This document shows, one piece after another, positions 40,630 through 53,796 of a DNA stretch of 64,000 bases; position 1 is the first letter of the stretch; the number at the start of each line of letters is the position of its first letter. Below the pieces are notes generated by a model, which ran no database searches, had not been told where the DNA came from, and worked only from the letters and a program-made list of their open reading frames with translations. Position numbers and translations under genes: made by a program. The DNA is from Octopus sinensis (taxonomy: Eukaryota), in the NCBI RefSeq assembly GCF_006345805.1, contig NC_042997.1, forward strand, positions 67,952,001 through 68,016,000, in the 5' to 3' direction.

Positions 40630-41250
40630 ACAGACTGGAATTGTAGGCCCGTCTCTTGCAATTTCGATCAATTGTATCTTGTCCTTCCTCTTGTAGAAAA
40701 GTGTGGCTACAATCCAGCCTACCTCAACTTCTGGGGGTATATTTTAAATTTTTATCCGAGACGTCATACGTCCCAGATATAAAGGTAAAAATAAAATATT
40801 TCCACTTTGCAAGGTTCGAGTCGAGTACTCCTTTGCACGCTCCGTTGACTCGAACTTTGCTTCTATTATGGCGAATTTACCGCCTCTGGTGAGATATCTT
40901 TCATAGTCGCACCAAGACACTTTTCGATGGTGCTTTCCTCCAGGTGTTCAAATCTTTTTTTCTTCTCTACATTGTATACTTTGTAGACAATAGTCTTTAC
41001 TTTAATTTAATTTTTTATTTCGCTTGGTGGTGTTATCCTAGATTCACCGTCTTTGTCGGTGATCAATCCCAAATAGGTTTGTATTTCTTCCATTTTAATT
41101 TTAACGAGTTCGCGCCCCCCGACGGCTGCAGCGAAATTCATTTTTGGACTTTCTTCTATCGAAGGCATTCTAACAAAAATGCTTCCGTATAAACGGTGAA
41201 AATATTGTCAATTTCCTCAAACAGGGACACAATTCAATTTTTAAACAATA
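40630..41250 (-). mobile_element. Probable LINE ORF1 5' fragment (same family type as 15385-15830)
   Basis: Minus-strand NFAAAVGG, KTIVYKVYNVEKKK, YLTRGGKFAIIEAKFESTE and LPLYLGRMTSRIKI*NIPPEV. Confidence 0.55.
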
Positions 41251-41566
41251 ACCAAAGCTCCTTCTCCCAAAGGGGGAGGGTTACAGTTTACAATTATTTA
41301 ACAAATGCAACACAACAACGTTTCCCTTACGAGGAACCAGCAAACGTGATAACAATAGTTAAACAGTAATAATAATAACAACAAACCTTACGGTGAATCA
41401 AAAAGCAGTGCGCAGTTGAAGCTATAGTCCTTTATGTACAAGAAATAAACCAATAGCAGTACTCAATAGAAGCGGCTGTTCGAGAAAACAGGTGGTGCTA
41501 TTAAGTTAGATATGGCCTGGGCCAATACTGACCAAAACCTTTCTAAGTTATTCTAAGTTATATAAG

Positions 41567-41640
<74 letters not shown>

Positions 41641-41656
41641 CATATACATATACATA

Positions 41657-41688
<32 letters not shown>

Positions 41689-41753
41689 CATACATATATA
41701 TATGTGTGTATATATGTATATATATATATACATACACACATACATACATATAC

Positions 41754-41829
<76 letters not shown>

Positions 41830-41831
41830 AT

Positions 41832-42365
41832 AAGCAAAATAGCTTGTTATGAAATCTCAAGAAGATATAGAGTAGTAACGTATATTAAACAGTAAAGTGA
41901 GTAGCCACATCTAAGTGGTAGATGAATGTTACTACTAACGCGGCTAAGGATGAGTCAATTGGCTCGAAACTGGGCTAGTTCCGCGATCCTGTTAGCTGCT
42001 GAAGTGTAGTAGGGGTTCGCTCCTCTTGTTAGCGGTGTGTTGTATATAAAGGGTGCAGAGCTTGCACCGAAAACCAGCTGGCAGAGAGTCCGCCTGGGTT
42101 TAAACTAGTAGTAACATTCAACTGCCCTTTGATGTGGCTACTCACTTTACTGTTTAGTATACGTTATTTCTCTATCCCTTCCTGAGATTTTATAACTAGC
42201 TATTTTGCTTGTTGCGAATCAGTGACCGATGGTCACTTTGTTTACAATATATCGCTGGCAGAAACATATCTTAGCTATCCCTCCACTGTTGCTGCTGGAG
42301 TGTAGTAAAGGTTCGTCCTCCCTGACCGATAGCTACTTTGTTTCCAATACATCGCTGGCGGATCT
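41832..42365. mobile_element. Non-coding hammerhead-bearing element with ~80-bp inverted duplication (retrozyme/Penelope pLTR-like)
   Basis: 41832-41910 is the reverse complement of 42131-42210. HHR motif at 41939-41985. A second copy of the family lies at 43630-43885. Confidence 0.65.
41939..41985 (+). ncRNA. Type I hammerhead ribozyme motif (G5A mutated)
   Basis: CGCGG-CTAAGGA-T-GAGTCAATTGGCTC-GAAA-CTGGGCTAG-TT-CCGCG: stems I, II and III can all pair. Confidence 0.65.
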
Positions 42366-43629
42366 AATCATTCTCATTCGCAAAAAGGGTACCCGTTAGT
42401 ACTGCTCAGATTGTTTTCAATTTTGGTGTATATATGCAACTCTGAATTTTGGTTACGATCAACCAATTGCTTTCTCTCGTAAATTAAAGAACTTGATGTT
42501 ATTTGGAATTAAAATTGGGTAATTTTAGCCAATCAACAGACAGTATGGCATTAGCAGCTAGTTACCATAACAACCGCACGCTGTGTTGTTGTACACAGTT
42601 GTTTGTTGATTTTTCACACTTGATTCTTCACACCACAAGATTATTTTCACCCGCGTGTTTTGTTTTAATTTTTCCGTGTTACTATATTACATATCTTTCT
42701 GTGCTTCTCTGTGTTAGTATTTTTCTGTCCTTTTTCTTTGTTATTATTTTTACATATTTTCATTTCATATATTTTGGGGACTCATTGACTCAGATAGCTG
42801 GATTTATGATTTCACTAGCTTAAATCCGTTAGCTTCACATTTCAACAGCTTAACTGAAATTTAACCCACGTAACAGGAACTGAGAGGGATATCGTATAAC
42901 AGAGAAACTATGGGTGATACATTAAGTTTTTAATTCTGCTTGCTAAAGCGTATAAGATACAGGTATACTTTTCTTTGGAACACATTCTTTGTTGACCAGT
43001 ATTATTCTTATCATAGTTTACAAATCCAAGCATGAAAACGTTACACAACTTTGGAGTTTTGGAGATAGACGCCCTCTTCACACACACACACACACATGAA
43101 TGCATAAATGTACATATAAACTTATATATGAATACATACATCCAAATGTACTCATATATTAATGATGTACACAAATACATGACAGGTATACATAATACTA
43201 AAATACGCATAAAGTAAACATATGCAGACAAATAGATTAATGTAACAAATTAAACAAAATAATAAAATTATACAATCAATGAAGGGACAAAAGAAACAGT
43301 AAGATGATACATGTTGATTTTATTAGGTATTCCCGTTTATTTAGAAACCTACAACGAACAGGTCAGAGGCTAAACTATAAGTTTTACAGGGTATAACCTT
43401 AAAGTTGACACAACTCAGCTAAATGCAGAAAATTTCTGTCTCGCTATTGGCTAAAATACACTGTTTTTTCAATTTTTGAACCTCTGTAACTTTTTCCCCC
43501 AAATTTTTTCTCCACATCATCATACCTTCAAAGCAATGAGACTGGAAGGCTACATAATTATAGCCAATTTTCAGATTTTTTAAACTTCCTTTTAGAAAAT
43601 GCATATTTTGCAAATGAAATAAAAAACTA

Positions 43630-43885
43630 AATCCTCGCTGGCAGAATCGGATCTTAGCTATCACTCAACTGCGCAGGTGCGCGTGGGTGAATATGACCCA
43701 AATAGCTCGAAATTGGACCAGTCCCGCGATCCTGTTAGCTGCCGGAGTGTAGTAGGGGTTCGTTCCCCTTGCTAAAGAATGCAGAGCTTGCACCGAAAAC
43801 CAGCTGGTGGCGAATCCGCCTGTGGTTAAACTAGTTGTAACATTCAACTGCCACTATTATGTAGCTATTCGTCTTACTGTTTGTA
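43630..43885 (+). mobile_element. Second, more decayed copy of the 41.9-kb hammerhead element
   Basis: Aligns with 41939-42160 (GCTCGAAA..CCGCGATCCTGTTAGCTGC..GCAGAGCTTGCACCGAAAACCAGCTGG) and with 42250-42290. Confidence 0.75.
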
Positions 43886-43937
43886 TATATATATTATATA
43901 TATATATAGGGAGGTAGATATATATATATATATAGGG

Positions 43938-44004
<67 letters not shown>

Positions 44005-44226
44005 TAGTAGAGACGAAAAGCAAAATATTCAATTAGGAGTGTCACCTTATGATTTTACAATATGAAGCCTCGAGGTTAGCCGCTTTGATGAAAGTGGTGG
44101 TGGTTTACTGTAAATATTTTTAAAACTAAAGCATTTTAAGCATTTAATAAACCTTACTTGTAATATCCTAAAACAATGCATTTTATTTTATACTTTTAAA
44201 TATATTTTTCTGAAGTGTCCCGAAGA

Positions 44227-44432
44227 TTTTAGAAGAATCTAAAATGTTTTTCATAAGTTTTATCAGATCTTGAAAACGGTCTGCAAATTTTACCAGAGTT
44301 TGAAAAGCGATCTAGATGTTTGATTAGACTCTAAGAAAATGTCTTTAGGTTTCAGCAGACTCTGAAAAAGAGTCTGTAATTTTCACCAGATTCTGGAAAA
44401 TGATTCATACGTTTCCCCAGATTCTGTAGAAG
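44227..44432. repeat. Degenerate ~31-bp tandem repeat, about 7 copies
   Basis: Units start near 44227, 44258, 44288, 44319, 44350, 44381 and 44412, with consensus TTTCANCAGA(C/T)TCTGAAAA..GTCTG. Confidence 0.7.
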
Positions 44433-45376
44433 TTGTCGATATAAAGATGACTGAGAACTATTTAACTGTAGAATATAATGAAAAGTTATTTTTCTTTTGC
44501 TACTGTCTTAATTCTTGAAATTATTTCCGTGTGATCTGTTACCATCTTCTAGTTGTAATTAAGTTTCCTGCTAGAAACACGTAAAATGAAGAGGCTTGTA
44601 AGAAATAAACAGTAGAGATTAACAAAATTCATTGTCCTGCAAAATTTATTGTCCTACGAATTATTTAATGTTCTTAGACGAAACACATAAAATTAAGTCC
44701 CTTGATAAAATCACGTGGAATGAAGTGTCTTGTAAGACTCGGGGAACTGTCTTACTGAAACCAATCACTTGATATTTAATCTATTGACTGCTACGTGTTT
44801 TAATTAAGTTAGCTGGGGGAAAGGATTTGGAAGAAACAAGCGAAGACCAGTCGGTTAGCAATCTGGGCAAATGCAGGAAAAATGAAAAAAAAAAAAATCT
44901 TTACGTTTTAATTTCATACTCCAACGTGGTCAATTTACCAGTGAAATATACGGTCAATCTAACTGATAACACCTCCACATCCTCACAACTTTGTGGCCTT
45001 GTGCCAAAATTAGAAATCTCGATGAAGAAGAGTAATGCTTCAAGCTGGGTCGCTTAGATCATTTCATAGCTAATGGAAAGTCGTTTTGAAATATTCTCTC
45101 TATCTCATACATTTCCTTGTTATTTTTTCTATGTTATGCTATCATTTTCTTTCTTGTTCCACTATCTCTGCATCCTCCTCTTACTATTATACATAATTTT
45201 TTATACTTTTCAATACTTTATTTCGCGTTATCAATTCTCCTCTCTTCTAACGTGCGTAACTGTCTCTGTCTTACCTCGCATTCAGTTTCATTTCATCTAC
45301 AGTATGACTTCCTTTATCTTTCAAGCTGCCTCTTTATCTCTATCTTTCTAACTGGTTCATACACACACATACACTC

Positions 45377-45461
<85 letters not shown>

Positions 45462-45633
45462 TTACATACATGTATATATATCTTCCCTTCCATCCTGAGC
45501 GTCCAATAATACTATATTTGTTCCACGTCCTCGCGTTGTTGTGTTTTCTCTTTGTGTTTTCATGTTTGGATTAACTTTATATAGATATATAGATATATAC
45601 ATATATATATATGTATGTATATGTAGGTACATG

Positions 45634-45732
<99 letters not shown>

Positions 45733-46749
45733 CATATACATACACATACACATACACACATATATATGCATATATGTATACACGTGTGTATATATGTGTG
45801 GATATATATTATATACATGTATAGAAATATCTATATATATTATATTATACACACAAGGACGCGTCCCCATGCACACCTACGCGTGAGTACACGTATATTC
45901 CGTTAGCCTTAATCTTTCTCTCAAATTTTAAGTATGGATTCAGAATTTCTTTCTTTCTTTCTTTCCATCCAAGTCTTACTTCAGTTTCTCATTGTATTTC
46001 ACTGTTTTCGCTCTTCATCAATTCTTCTCTTCTATCCAGTCGCTTCCCTTCCATTCATTCGCCACATGATGTCCATCTGTTCTCGCGATTTTCTGTAAAG
46101 ATAATTGTAATTCTTCACAAAAATAGTTCTAATCAATATGTCTCAATTTGAAAGAAAAACGGAAAGAAAATTGGGAGAGCGAGAGAGAGATAGAGAGAGA
46201 GAGAGAGAGAAAGTGACAGTGAGCGAGAACGGGAAAGACAGAGAGAAATGGGGAGAGAGATGGAGATATATATATATAGAGAGAGAGAGAGAAGGAGAGA
46301 GAGGGAGAGAGAAAGTGATATAGAGCTAGAGGGAAAGAGAGAGAGAGGGAGATATGGGAAAAGAGATAGAGATGGAGAGAAAGAGTTAGAGAGAGAAAGA
46401 ATTAGATATTAATAGTCTGAGAAAGAGGAATGTATATTAAGAATATGACGTATTATGGGAAACTGGGTAGAATTAGGTGAGATGCAGAGGGAAAAGTTGA
46501 AATGGAGGAAAAGTGAGTGAGAGGGTGAGAGAGAAAGCGGCGTGAAAGAGAAATATAGTTTGAAAGAAAAAAAAGGATAGAAAGGGAATATTTGTGATTG
46601 AAAGAGTTTCAGAAAGAAAGGGGAGAGAGAGTTTCAGGACAGTATATAGGGGAAGATGTATGTATGTATGTATGTATGTATGTATGTATGTATGTGTGTG
46701 TGTGCGTGTGCATATATATATATATATAATATATATATATATATCATCA

Positions 46750-47598
46750 ATCGCACATGCTTAATGTATGTTTCGTTTGTTCGCCAGATTCGCTGCGGGA
46801 TAGCGCATAGGAACAACTCCTGCTAACGCTGGGTGTTAAGACAGTTGAAAGTCATGATCAGAAGAGAAAACTCGCCTCGGGTCGAATTCAGGAGTGATGG
46901 ATGCTGATATATTGCCATATTCGTGACTTATCAATGTTGCGTGCATGAATCGAACCGGGGACGAATCGAATCGACAGTCTATGACTATATATAAATAGGG
47001 TAAGAACCATTTGCTGATCTGCCACAGCGATGCACATGTGAGATCAAATTCAATAAAATATTAAAAGCAGTTCTGGTGGTGTATATATAATCGAGTGCAC
47101 ATACTCAATGTATGTATTTTGTTTGTTTGCCGGATTCACTGCAAGATAGCGCTTGGGGACGACCCCTGTTAACGCTGGGTGTTAAAACATCTGAAAGTCA
47201 TGAGTAAGAGAAACCACTTACCTCGGATCGAATTCAGGAACGATGAATATACGGTAGATAATGTTTACCTCACTAGCGCTGCTTTTAATTTATTATTGAA
47301 TTTAATCTTACATGTGCATCGCCGTGGCACATCAGCAAATGGCTCTTACACGACTTATGTATAGTCATAGATTGGAAATTCGATTTGTCCCAGGTTCGAT
47401 TTAGGTATGTGATGTTGATGACCCACAAAAATGGCGAAACATCGGTGTCCATCAATCGTGAATTCGATCCAAGACGAGTTGTCTCGCTTGTCTATAACAT
47501 TCTGGTATTTTAACATCCAACTTTATGAGGGAGCTGTGCCACAAGCGTTATTCTGCAGCGAACTGGCGAGTAAACAAAACATACATTATGTGCGATCA
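46750..47598. mobile_element. Non-coding element: 344-nt monomer + partial tandem copy + inverted copy, with hammerhead motif
   Basis: GCACAT..AATGTATG starts at 46753 and 47097. The segment 47270-47598 is the reverse complement of 46750-47078. Confidence 0.8.
47410..47454 (+). ncRNA. Type I hammerhead ribozyme motif (C3U)
   Basis: TGATG-TTGATGA-CCCACAAAAATGGC-GAAA-CATCGGTG-TC-CATCA: stem I TGATG/CATCA, near-palindromic stem III, GUC site. Confidence 0.65.
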
Positions 47599-47778
47599 AT
47601 AATATTTATACCAATAGCGTTATTGGTTATTGAATGCACACACGCGTGCGCGCGTAGCCCTTTTGTAGCTTACTTTGTACCTTCCCGCATTATTCTGGCC
47701 TTACACAAAAAAATCTCTTTACACACACACACACGTATATATATATGTGTGTGTGTATGTATATAGATGTGTGTGTGT

Positions 47779-47779
<1 letters not shown>

Positions 47780-47824
<45 letters not shown>

Positions 47825-47926
47825 GAGAGAGAGATGCCATGGGTATAGTTAAGAGGAAAAGAGAAATTGAAAGTAAAACAACGATAAGAAGCAGAGATAG
47901 ATACATAGATAGATAGATAGATAGAT

Positions 47927-47969
<43 letters not shown>

Positions 47970-48102
47970 GTGCGTGTGCGTGCGAGGGGAAGAGAGAGAA
48001 AGAGGGAGAGAGAGAGAGAGAGACAGAGGAAGAGGCTGGTATAGTTAAGATGAGAAAAGAAGTGACAAAAAAAGTAGAACAAAGATAAAAGCAAGCAGGC
48101 GC

Positions 48103-48140
<38 letters not shown>

Positions 48141-48239
48141 AAGTAGACAGAAGGAGAAAGAAATACAGATAAAGAGAGAGTTGCATGTGTATAGGCGAGA
48201 GATAGGGGAGAAAAGCAGTAATAGAAAAATCAACAAGAG

Positions 48240-48281
<42 letters not shown>

Positions 48282-48480
48282 AGATTGAGAGAGAGAGAGA
48301 GAGAGGGATAGGGAGAGATAGAGGTAGGAAGGGGTTGATATAGTTAAGATGAGAAAAGAAATGACAAAGGAAGTAGAACAAAGATAAAAGCTAGCAGGCG
48401 CGGTTGAGAGAGAGAGAGAAAGCGAGAGAGAGAGAGAGAGAGAGAGAGATGGGGGGAGAGAGAGTGAGAGGGAAAGAGAT
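47780..48480. repeat. (AG)n/(AGAT)n-rich block with a ~75-bp unit repeated
   Basis: TATAGTTAAGATGAGAAAAGAA..AGCAGGCGCGGTTGAG occurs at ~48039 and ~48339, with a diverged copy at ~47844. Confidence 0.85.
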
Positions 48481-51419
48481 CTTGTAGTTGAAATCTCAAA
48501 AGAAACAATATGAAATAACCGGAAATGAATGGATTAATTGATCGATGGGTTACATGAATATGTTTATTTGGAATCTCTCTAGCACCGGAAGGACTAGATA
48601 ATTCTTCAGAAGAATCTGATGGGCTCTAGAAATAATTCATAATCCCTATTCCCATTATTTTCTCTTTTTGCTCATTTCTTTCTCTTTATATCGCAATCCT
48701 TTCCCCCTCTCCAACTCACCCAGAGAAAAAGAATAAAAGCTTGTGTGATACATTAAAAACATATCCAGTATTATCTTTTAACAGTCGGTCGCTATGGTAG
48801 AAGAAAAAGATAAAACTTCCATCAAACTTGGCCTGTTTTCTAATTCCAGTTCCTGGTGAGAAGCATTTTTATTTTTAAAGATTATCAAAGCTTTTGGGTA
48901 ATGTATGGATTTATGGAAAGCATAATTTTCATTCGAACTTACACGCATGTTTCTTTTGTCTTTTTCTTGATCCAGCCATTGGACTGCGACCATACTGGGG
49001 CCCAATCTCGAAGAACACATCGACCCCAATATATATAGATAGATAAAACTTACTTGGAAATGGGTGATGTGTGGCGTTCGATCATATAATAATATAAATA
49101 ATGTATATATATGCATATATGCACACATGCATGTACATGCCTACATATATATGTATATATACATGCATGTATGGGTACAGGACGTAAAAAAACGTGAACA
49201 AAATGACAAACGAGAACGTAAAAACCAAAAGCATGGAAAACGAACTTTTTTCGAACAAGGAAAGAAACAAATAGAGAAACGAGACAGGCAACATAAAGAA
49301 CATTTTCTTCATCAGTGTTCACCACTTCACCTCGTTACGGCTTCACAACCCTCACCGTTTGTTTTTATTGTTTTGTTCTTACTGCTCTGTTTTTGTTACC
49401 ACTTTAACCCTCCGCAAAAAATGCAAAATTTTATTTAATTTGATTTGCGTGAAGGACTGCTTTAACGAAGTCGCGTCTTGTCTCTACCTTCGAAATTGCG
49501 GAGTAGATAAAACAGGGGACAACTGATGAAGGGAATGTTCTTTATGTTTAAATAGTGTCTAGTTTGCCTAAATTTGAAACCAAGGTAAGTCATTTCTCAG
49601 AAAAAAATGTGGATAAACAATCGGTGTATTGACTGACGTCAGCAAAACGCAAATCAATGAAGTTTTTTCAATACTCATCAAATTGACAGATGACGTTAGT
49701 AAAAAGCTGGCTACTAAGGTTGTCAAACGTACATCAAATCAACTGATGATGTGGGCGTTGAACTGATCAATCAAAGTTGTTGGCTGCAAATTAGTAGAAC
49801 CTTATATATTTTCCTTTACACAGAGAGAGAATAGAAGCGGACGCAATGAAACGTTCACATCGATGGATATTTGAGTGTCAGCGGTTTGTTTTAACAAATA
49901 GTCTGGCCAACAATGAGATTCTACAATACGAACTATATTTGCTAAACTCCTAACTTACAACTAAGGCAGATGACATCCGAAGTGTACACTTTCTCCTCTC
50001 TATCCACCACATTTTCTATTATGTCTACAGTTGCACAACATAACCATTTAGTTAGATGAAATTGACTACAATATTTTATCAAGCATTACAGAACCAGTCA
50101 ACATCTACATGATCAAATGGAAATAACTTTATTTATTTCTTCCTGCAGTTCTCTATCAGACTGACATGTTCGATGTCGTTTTAACAATGAACATATTATG
50201 AATTAAAATCTCGACTTTTCAGTCATCCATTTTTATCCATTTTATTGTTAAACTTTTTACTCACCCATCTAAGAAATGAAGCAAACAGCTTTATTTCCGA
50301 CATGCGACACCTGGTTAAGAAAAATATGCACCCTACAACATACACTGCGTTGTAACTGGTGACCCTCTACCAACATATGTGGAATGTCGACTTCTATCTG
50401 ACTTGGCGTTGTCCGTCCATTACTCATCTGTAAACGTAATTCTACTGGTTATCAACTACCTCTTCATCTGGAATTGTTAAGCAACATTCCATTGTCAATT
50501 TCAATGCATAAGCTTGCGCCAAAATGTGAATAAATCTATAAAATCAGTATGACTCTTGTCATTGGCTATAACTGGACAACCAACACGGTTTAGCTATTTC
50601 TCAGCAACTTCTCAGACCATCAAGTAGTATGTAAGGAAGCTACTTTTGGAAACTAATTAGAAAGAGGTGGTGCTAGCTCAGCTTATGGTTGATCCCCCAG
50701 ACTGGCGTATATTAATACGTATACACACACACACTATCTTTTACACTGTCAGTTCGTCTGCCTTGGTCAGTGAGCCTCGAGTACATTAATACACATATTC
50801 ATACACTCGCTTTCTCTTTCAATCGTTTCATCTGTTTTCAAAAACATTAAAGAAATGATAAATACACACTGACATTATGAAAGCAAAACATGACAAACAC
50901 ACTTCTTGTTCGAGAACTTTGCTGTCTTTATCAATATGTGAGAAATATTTGTTCTAAAACTCAGTCATTTAACTTTATGAACTGAATTTAGCTATTGTTC
51001 TCAATATAAAGATTATTTTTATGATAAGAGCATTTCTTCCTTTTCTTGTTGCTCTTTATCGTGTATCGCATCTGATATAAATTTACTTTGCTATGAATAA
51101 AAAGGAAAAGTATTGATCCAACAGCTCGATTCCTTTCGTCTTACTAAATATAATGTTGTTAAACATGTATCAGTGCTTTTGTTTTCACTGTTACACAATT
51201 TCGATTAAGTCATGTATTGTTTCAATCGAGATAGTATTATCATAGAACTCAGTTACTTAGTGTACAGTTTAGTACATAGATAGATAGATACATACATACA
51301 CACTCACACACTCACTCACACATACATACACGTATACATATACAGATACCTACATGCATACACACATACATTCACATACATATATATATATATGTATATA
51401 TATTAATTCTTCTTTTTAA

Positions 51420-52472
51420 AGAATTATAAATTTTGAGATAAGTTTGAAGTCGATGGAACTGTTCAGAATGTCCACGAGAAACGTTCTGGAAGACCATGCA
51501 CATCGACAACCCCCACAAAGCAAGAAGGAGTGCTGGAAACGTATCACTAAAGACCAAGAAAATCAATCGAGGTAAGTATATCAAAATCTATGTGAGGTAA
51601 GTATATCAAAATCGTCTGACCAACGCATTTTGAAATGTTGTCAATGGAAAAGTTATGTTCCAAGATTAGCCCAAGTTATTAATGATAATGATCCAGACCG
51701 AAGAGTGCAGTATTGTAAGTGGTACTTGGCACGATATGTAGAAGATGCACACTTTCTAACGAAGATAGTATGGAAGGATGTGGTCTCATTCAAATTAAAT
51801 GGTTCAATTAACCTCTACAATTGCACCTACTAGGGACCTGAGAATCTGCATGTTATGGTGGAACACCATGTTAATTTCCAGGAGTTACAGTGCGGTGTGA
51901 TTCACCTAGAAGGTTAATTGGACTATTCTTTTTTGACGCTATTGTAACTGGTCCCGTTTACTTGAACTTGCTGCAACTGTCTGTCATGCCAAGCGCTTGA
52001 TAAGACTGAGGATGAGAAGTTTTGCTTTCAGCAAGATGGGACACCCCCACTCAACCATTGTGATGTTACCTTCTTCCTTGAGAACTTTCCAGCCAGGTGG
52101 ATTGGACGAAGGTGTTTTGTTGAATACCCTTCTCATTCATCATACCACATACCACTAGACTTTTTTTGTCATAGGGATACCTAAAAGACAAAGTCTACAT
52201 TATGCAACCTGCGACAGTCGCTGATTTGAGAGCAGAAATTGAACGAGCAAGCATACAAATACAAAACAAATTCTTTCGTGATGTTTGCGATTCCATTGCT
52301 TCTTCGCGTTGTCAGCAGTGCTTGGAATAGAATGGACGTCAGTTTGAAAGCAAGCGTTGAAAAACAATACAATAATGTCTCTAGATTCTATTAAATTTTA
52401 AAATGAGATGTATTTTAATAAATACCTACTTTACTATTGTTTAAAGTGTGTATGCATTTTATGGGGATACCA
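51420..52472 (+). mobile_element. Degenerate rosa-like (DD41D-type) Tc1/mariner element
   Basis: [56 protein letters not shown] (40 residues between the Asp here) and GYLKDKVY. Confidence 0.85.
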
Positions 52473-52513
52473 TACACACATATACATACATACATACATA
52501 CATACATACATCA

Positions 52514-52539
<26 letters not shown>

Positions 52540-52591
<52 letters not shown>

Positions 52592-52907
52592 GTATACATA
52601 TATAAATGCATATACATATGTATATATATATATATATTTATATATATATGTGTATATATTTATATATAAATATATATATATATATAGATTTATATATAAA
52701 TATATACACATATATATATAAATGTATATATATATATATATTTATATATAGATATATATATATATATATAGTTTTATATATAAATATATACACATACATA
52801 TATAAATATATATATATCTATATACATATGTATATACATTTATATATGTATACATATATATATATACATATACATATATGCAAATATTTTCATATATATA
52901 TGCATAA

Positions 52908-52948
<41 letters not shown>
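52540..52948. repeat. Long degenerate (TA)n array
   Basis: Seen directly; it explains several spurious YI-rich ORFs. Confidence 0.95.
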
Positions 52949-52950
<2 letters not shown>

Positions 52951-53063
52951 ACCACGCTGGAAATAGCAGTCAAAACTTGACTCTAAAGTCACATTAAATG
53001 TTTATACAGCACCAGGAGACAAAACAAAGAAACGAAATAAACTAGCAAAAAACTAAGTGGATA

Positions 53064-53122
53064 ATTCCAGATCCCGGATTTCTGACTTTGCATAAGAAAT
53101 GCTTTGCCTTCATCAGTGGAAT
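53064..53122 (-). ncRNA. Minimal type I hammerhead ribozyme motif
   Basis: Minus strand: ATTCCA-CTGATGA-AGGC..GTCA-GAAA-TCCGGGA-TC-TGGAAT; 6-bp stem I, near-palindromic stem III, AUC site, weak stem II. Confidence 0.65.
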
Positions 53123-53186
53123 ACACTCAGATAGCACATAAGTACAAATATATATATAGATATATATATAGATATATATATATATA

Positions 53187-53410
53187 TTTCTTTACTACCC
53201 ACAAAGAGCTACACACAGAGGGGACAAACACGGACAGACAAACGGATTAAGTCGATTATATCGACCCCAGTGCGTAACTGGTACTTAATTTATCAACCCT
53301 GAAAGGATGAAAGGCAAAGTTGACCTCGGCGGAATTTGAACTCAGAACATAACGGTAGATGAAATACGGCTCCGCATTTCGCCCGGCGTGCTAACGTTTC
53401 TGCCAGCTCG

Positions 53411-53414
<4 letters not shown>
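53187..53414 (-). mobile_element. SINE family B
   Basis: Head GGCGAGCTGGCAGAAACGTTAGC..GAGTTCAAATTCC (B box) and conserved body GCCTTTCATCCTTTCAGGGTTGATAAATTAAGTACCAG; multiple copies in the window. Confidence 0.88.
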
Positions 53415-53444
<30 letters not shown>

Positions 53445-53759
53445 AAAAATACAAAACACGTCTTAATATACACGCATAACCAACTTTTATATTTTACATA
53501 TTACATCACTGTACATAAATCCCCTACTAAACAAGGTCTTTTTTTAAAACCTGTCTCTTTTCTGTACACATATTTATTCCCCACCCATTACCAAAACCTG
53601 AACAGCTATCTCCCTTACACACAACAATAACAATAATAACAACCAATTACTTCCCTTTATTTGTCTACTTGTGAAGTCATTCACTCGTGAATTTCATCAC
53701 ACCCAACATGGACCAAATTTCTTCTTAAGAAAAAATATATATTCATATAAATTAAACAT

Positions 53760-53796
53760 TATATCATGAATAGCGACAGCGAAACCGGTCGATATA
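53760..53796 (+). ncRNA. Minimal type I hammerhead ribozyme variant (A3-U8)
   Basis: TATATC-ATGAATA-GCGACAGC-GAAA-CCGG-TC-GATATA: stem I TATATC/GATATA, stem II GC/GC with a tetraloop, palindromic ACCGGT stem III, GUC site. Confidence 0.65.

Noticed and set aside
49290-49550. Inverted ~27-bp repeat containing CTGATGA, with an upstream GAAA
   Set aside because: Stems I-III could not be assigned on either strand. It is probably a Penelope-type end, but a ribozyme is not supportable.
50280-50720. Possible ancient RTE-like LINE remnant on the minus strand
   Set aside because: Only vague similarity; no diagnostic motif recovered.
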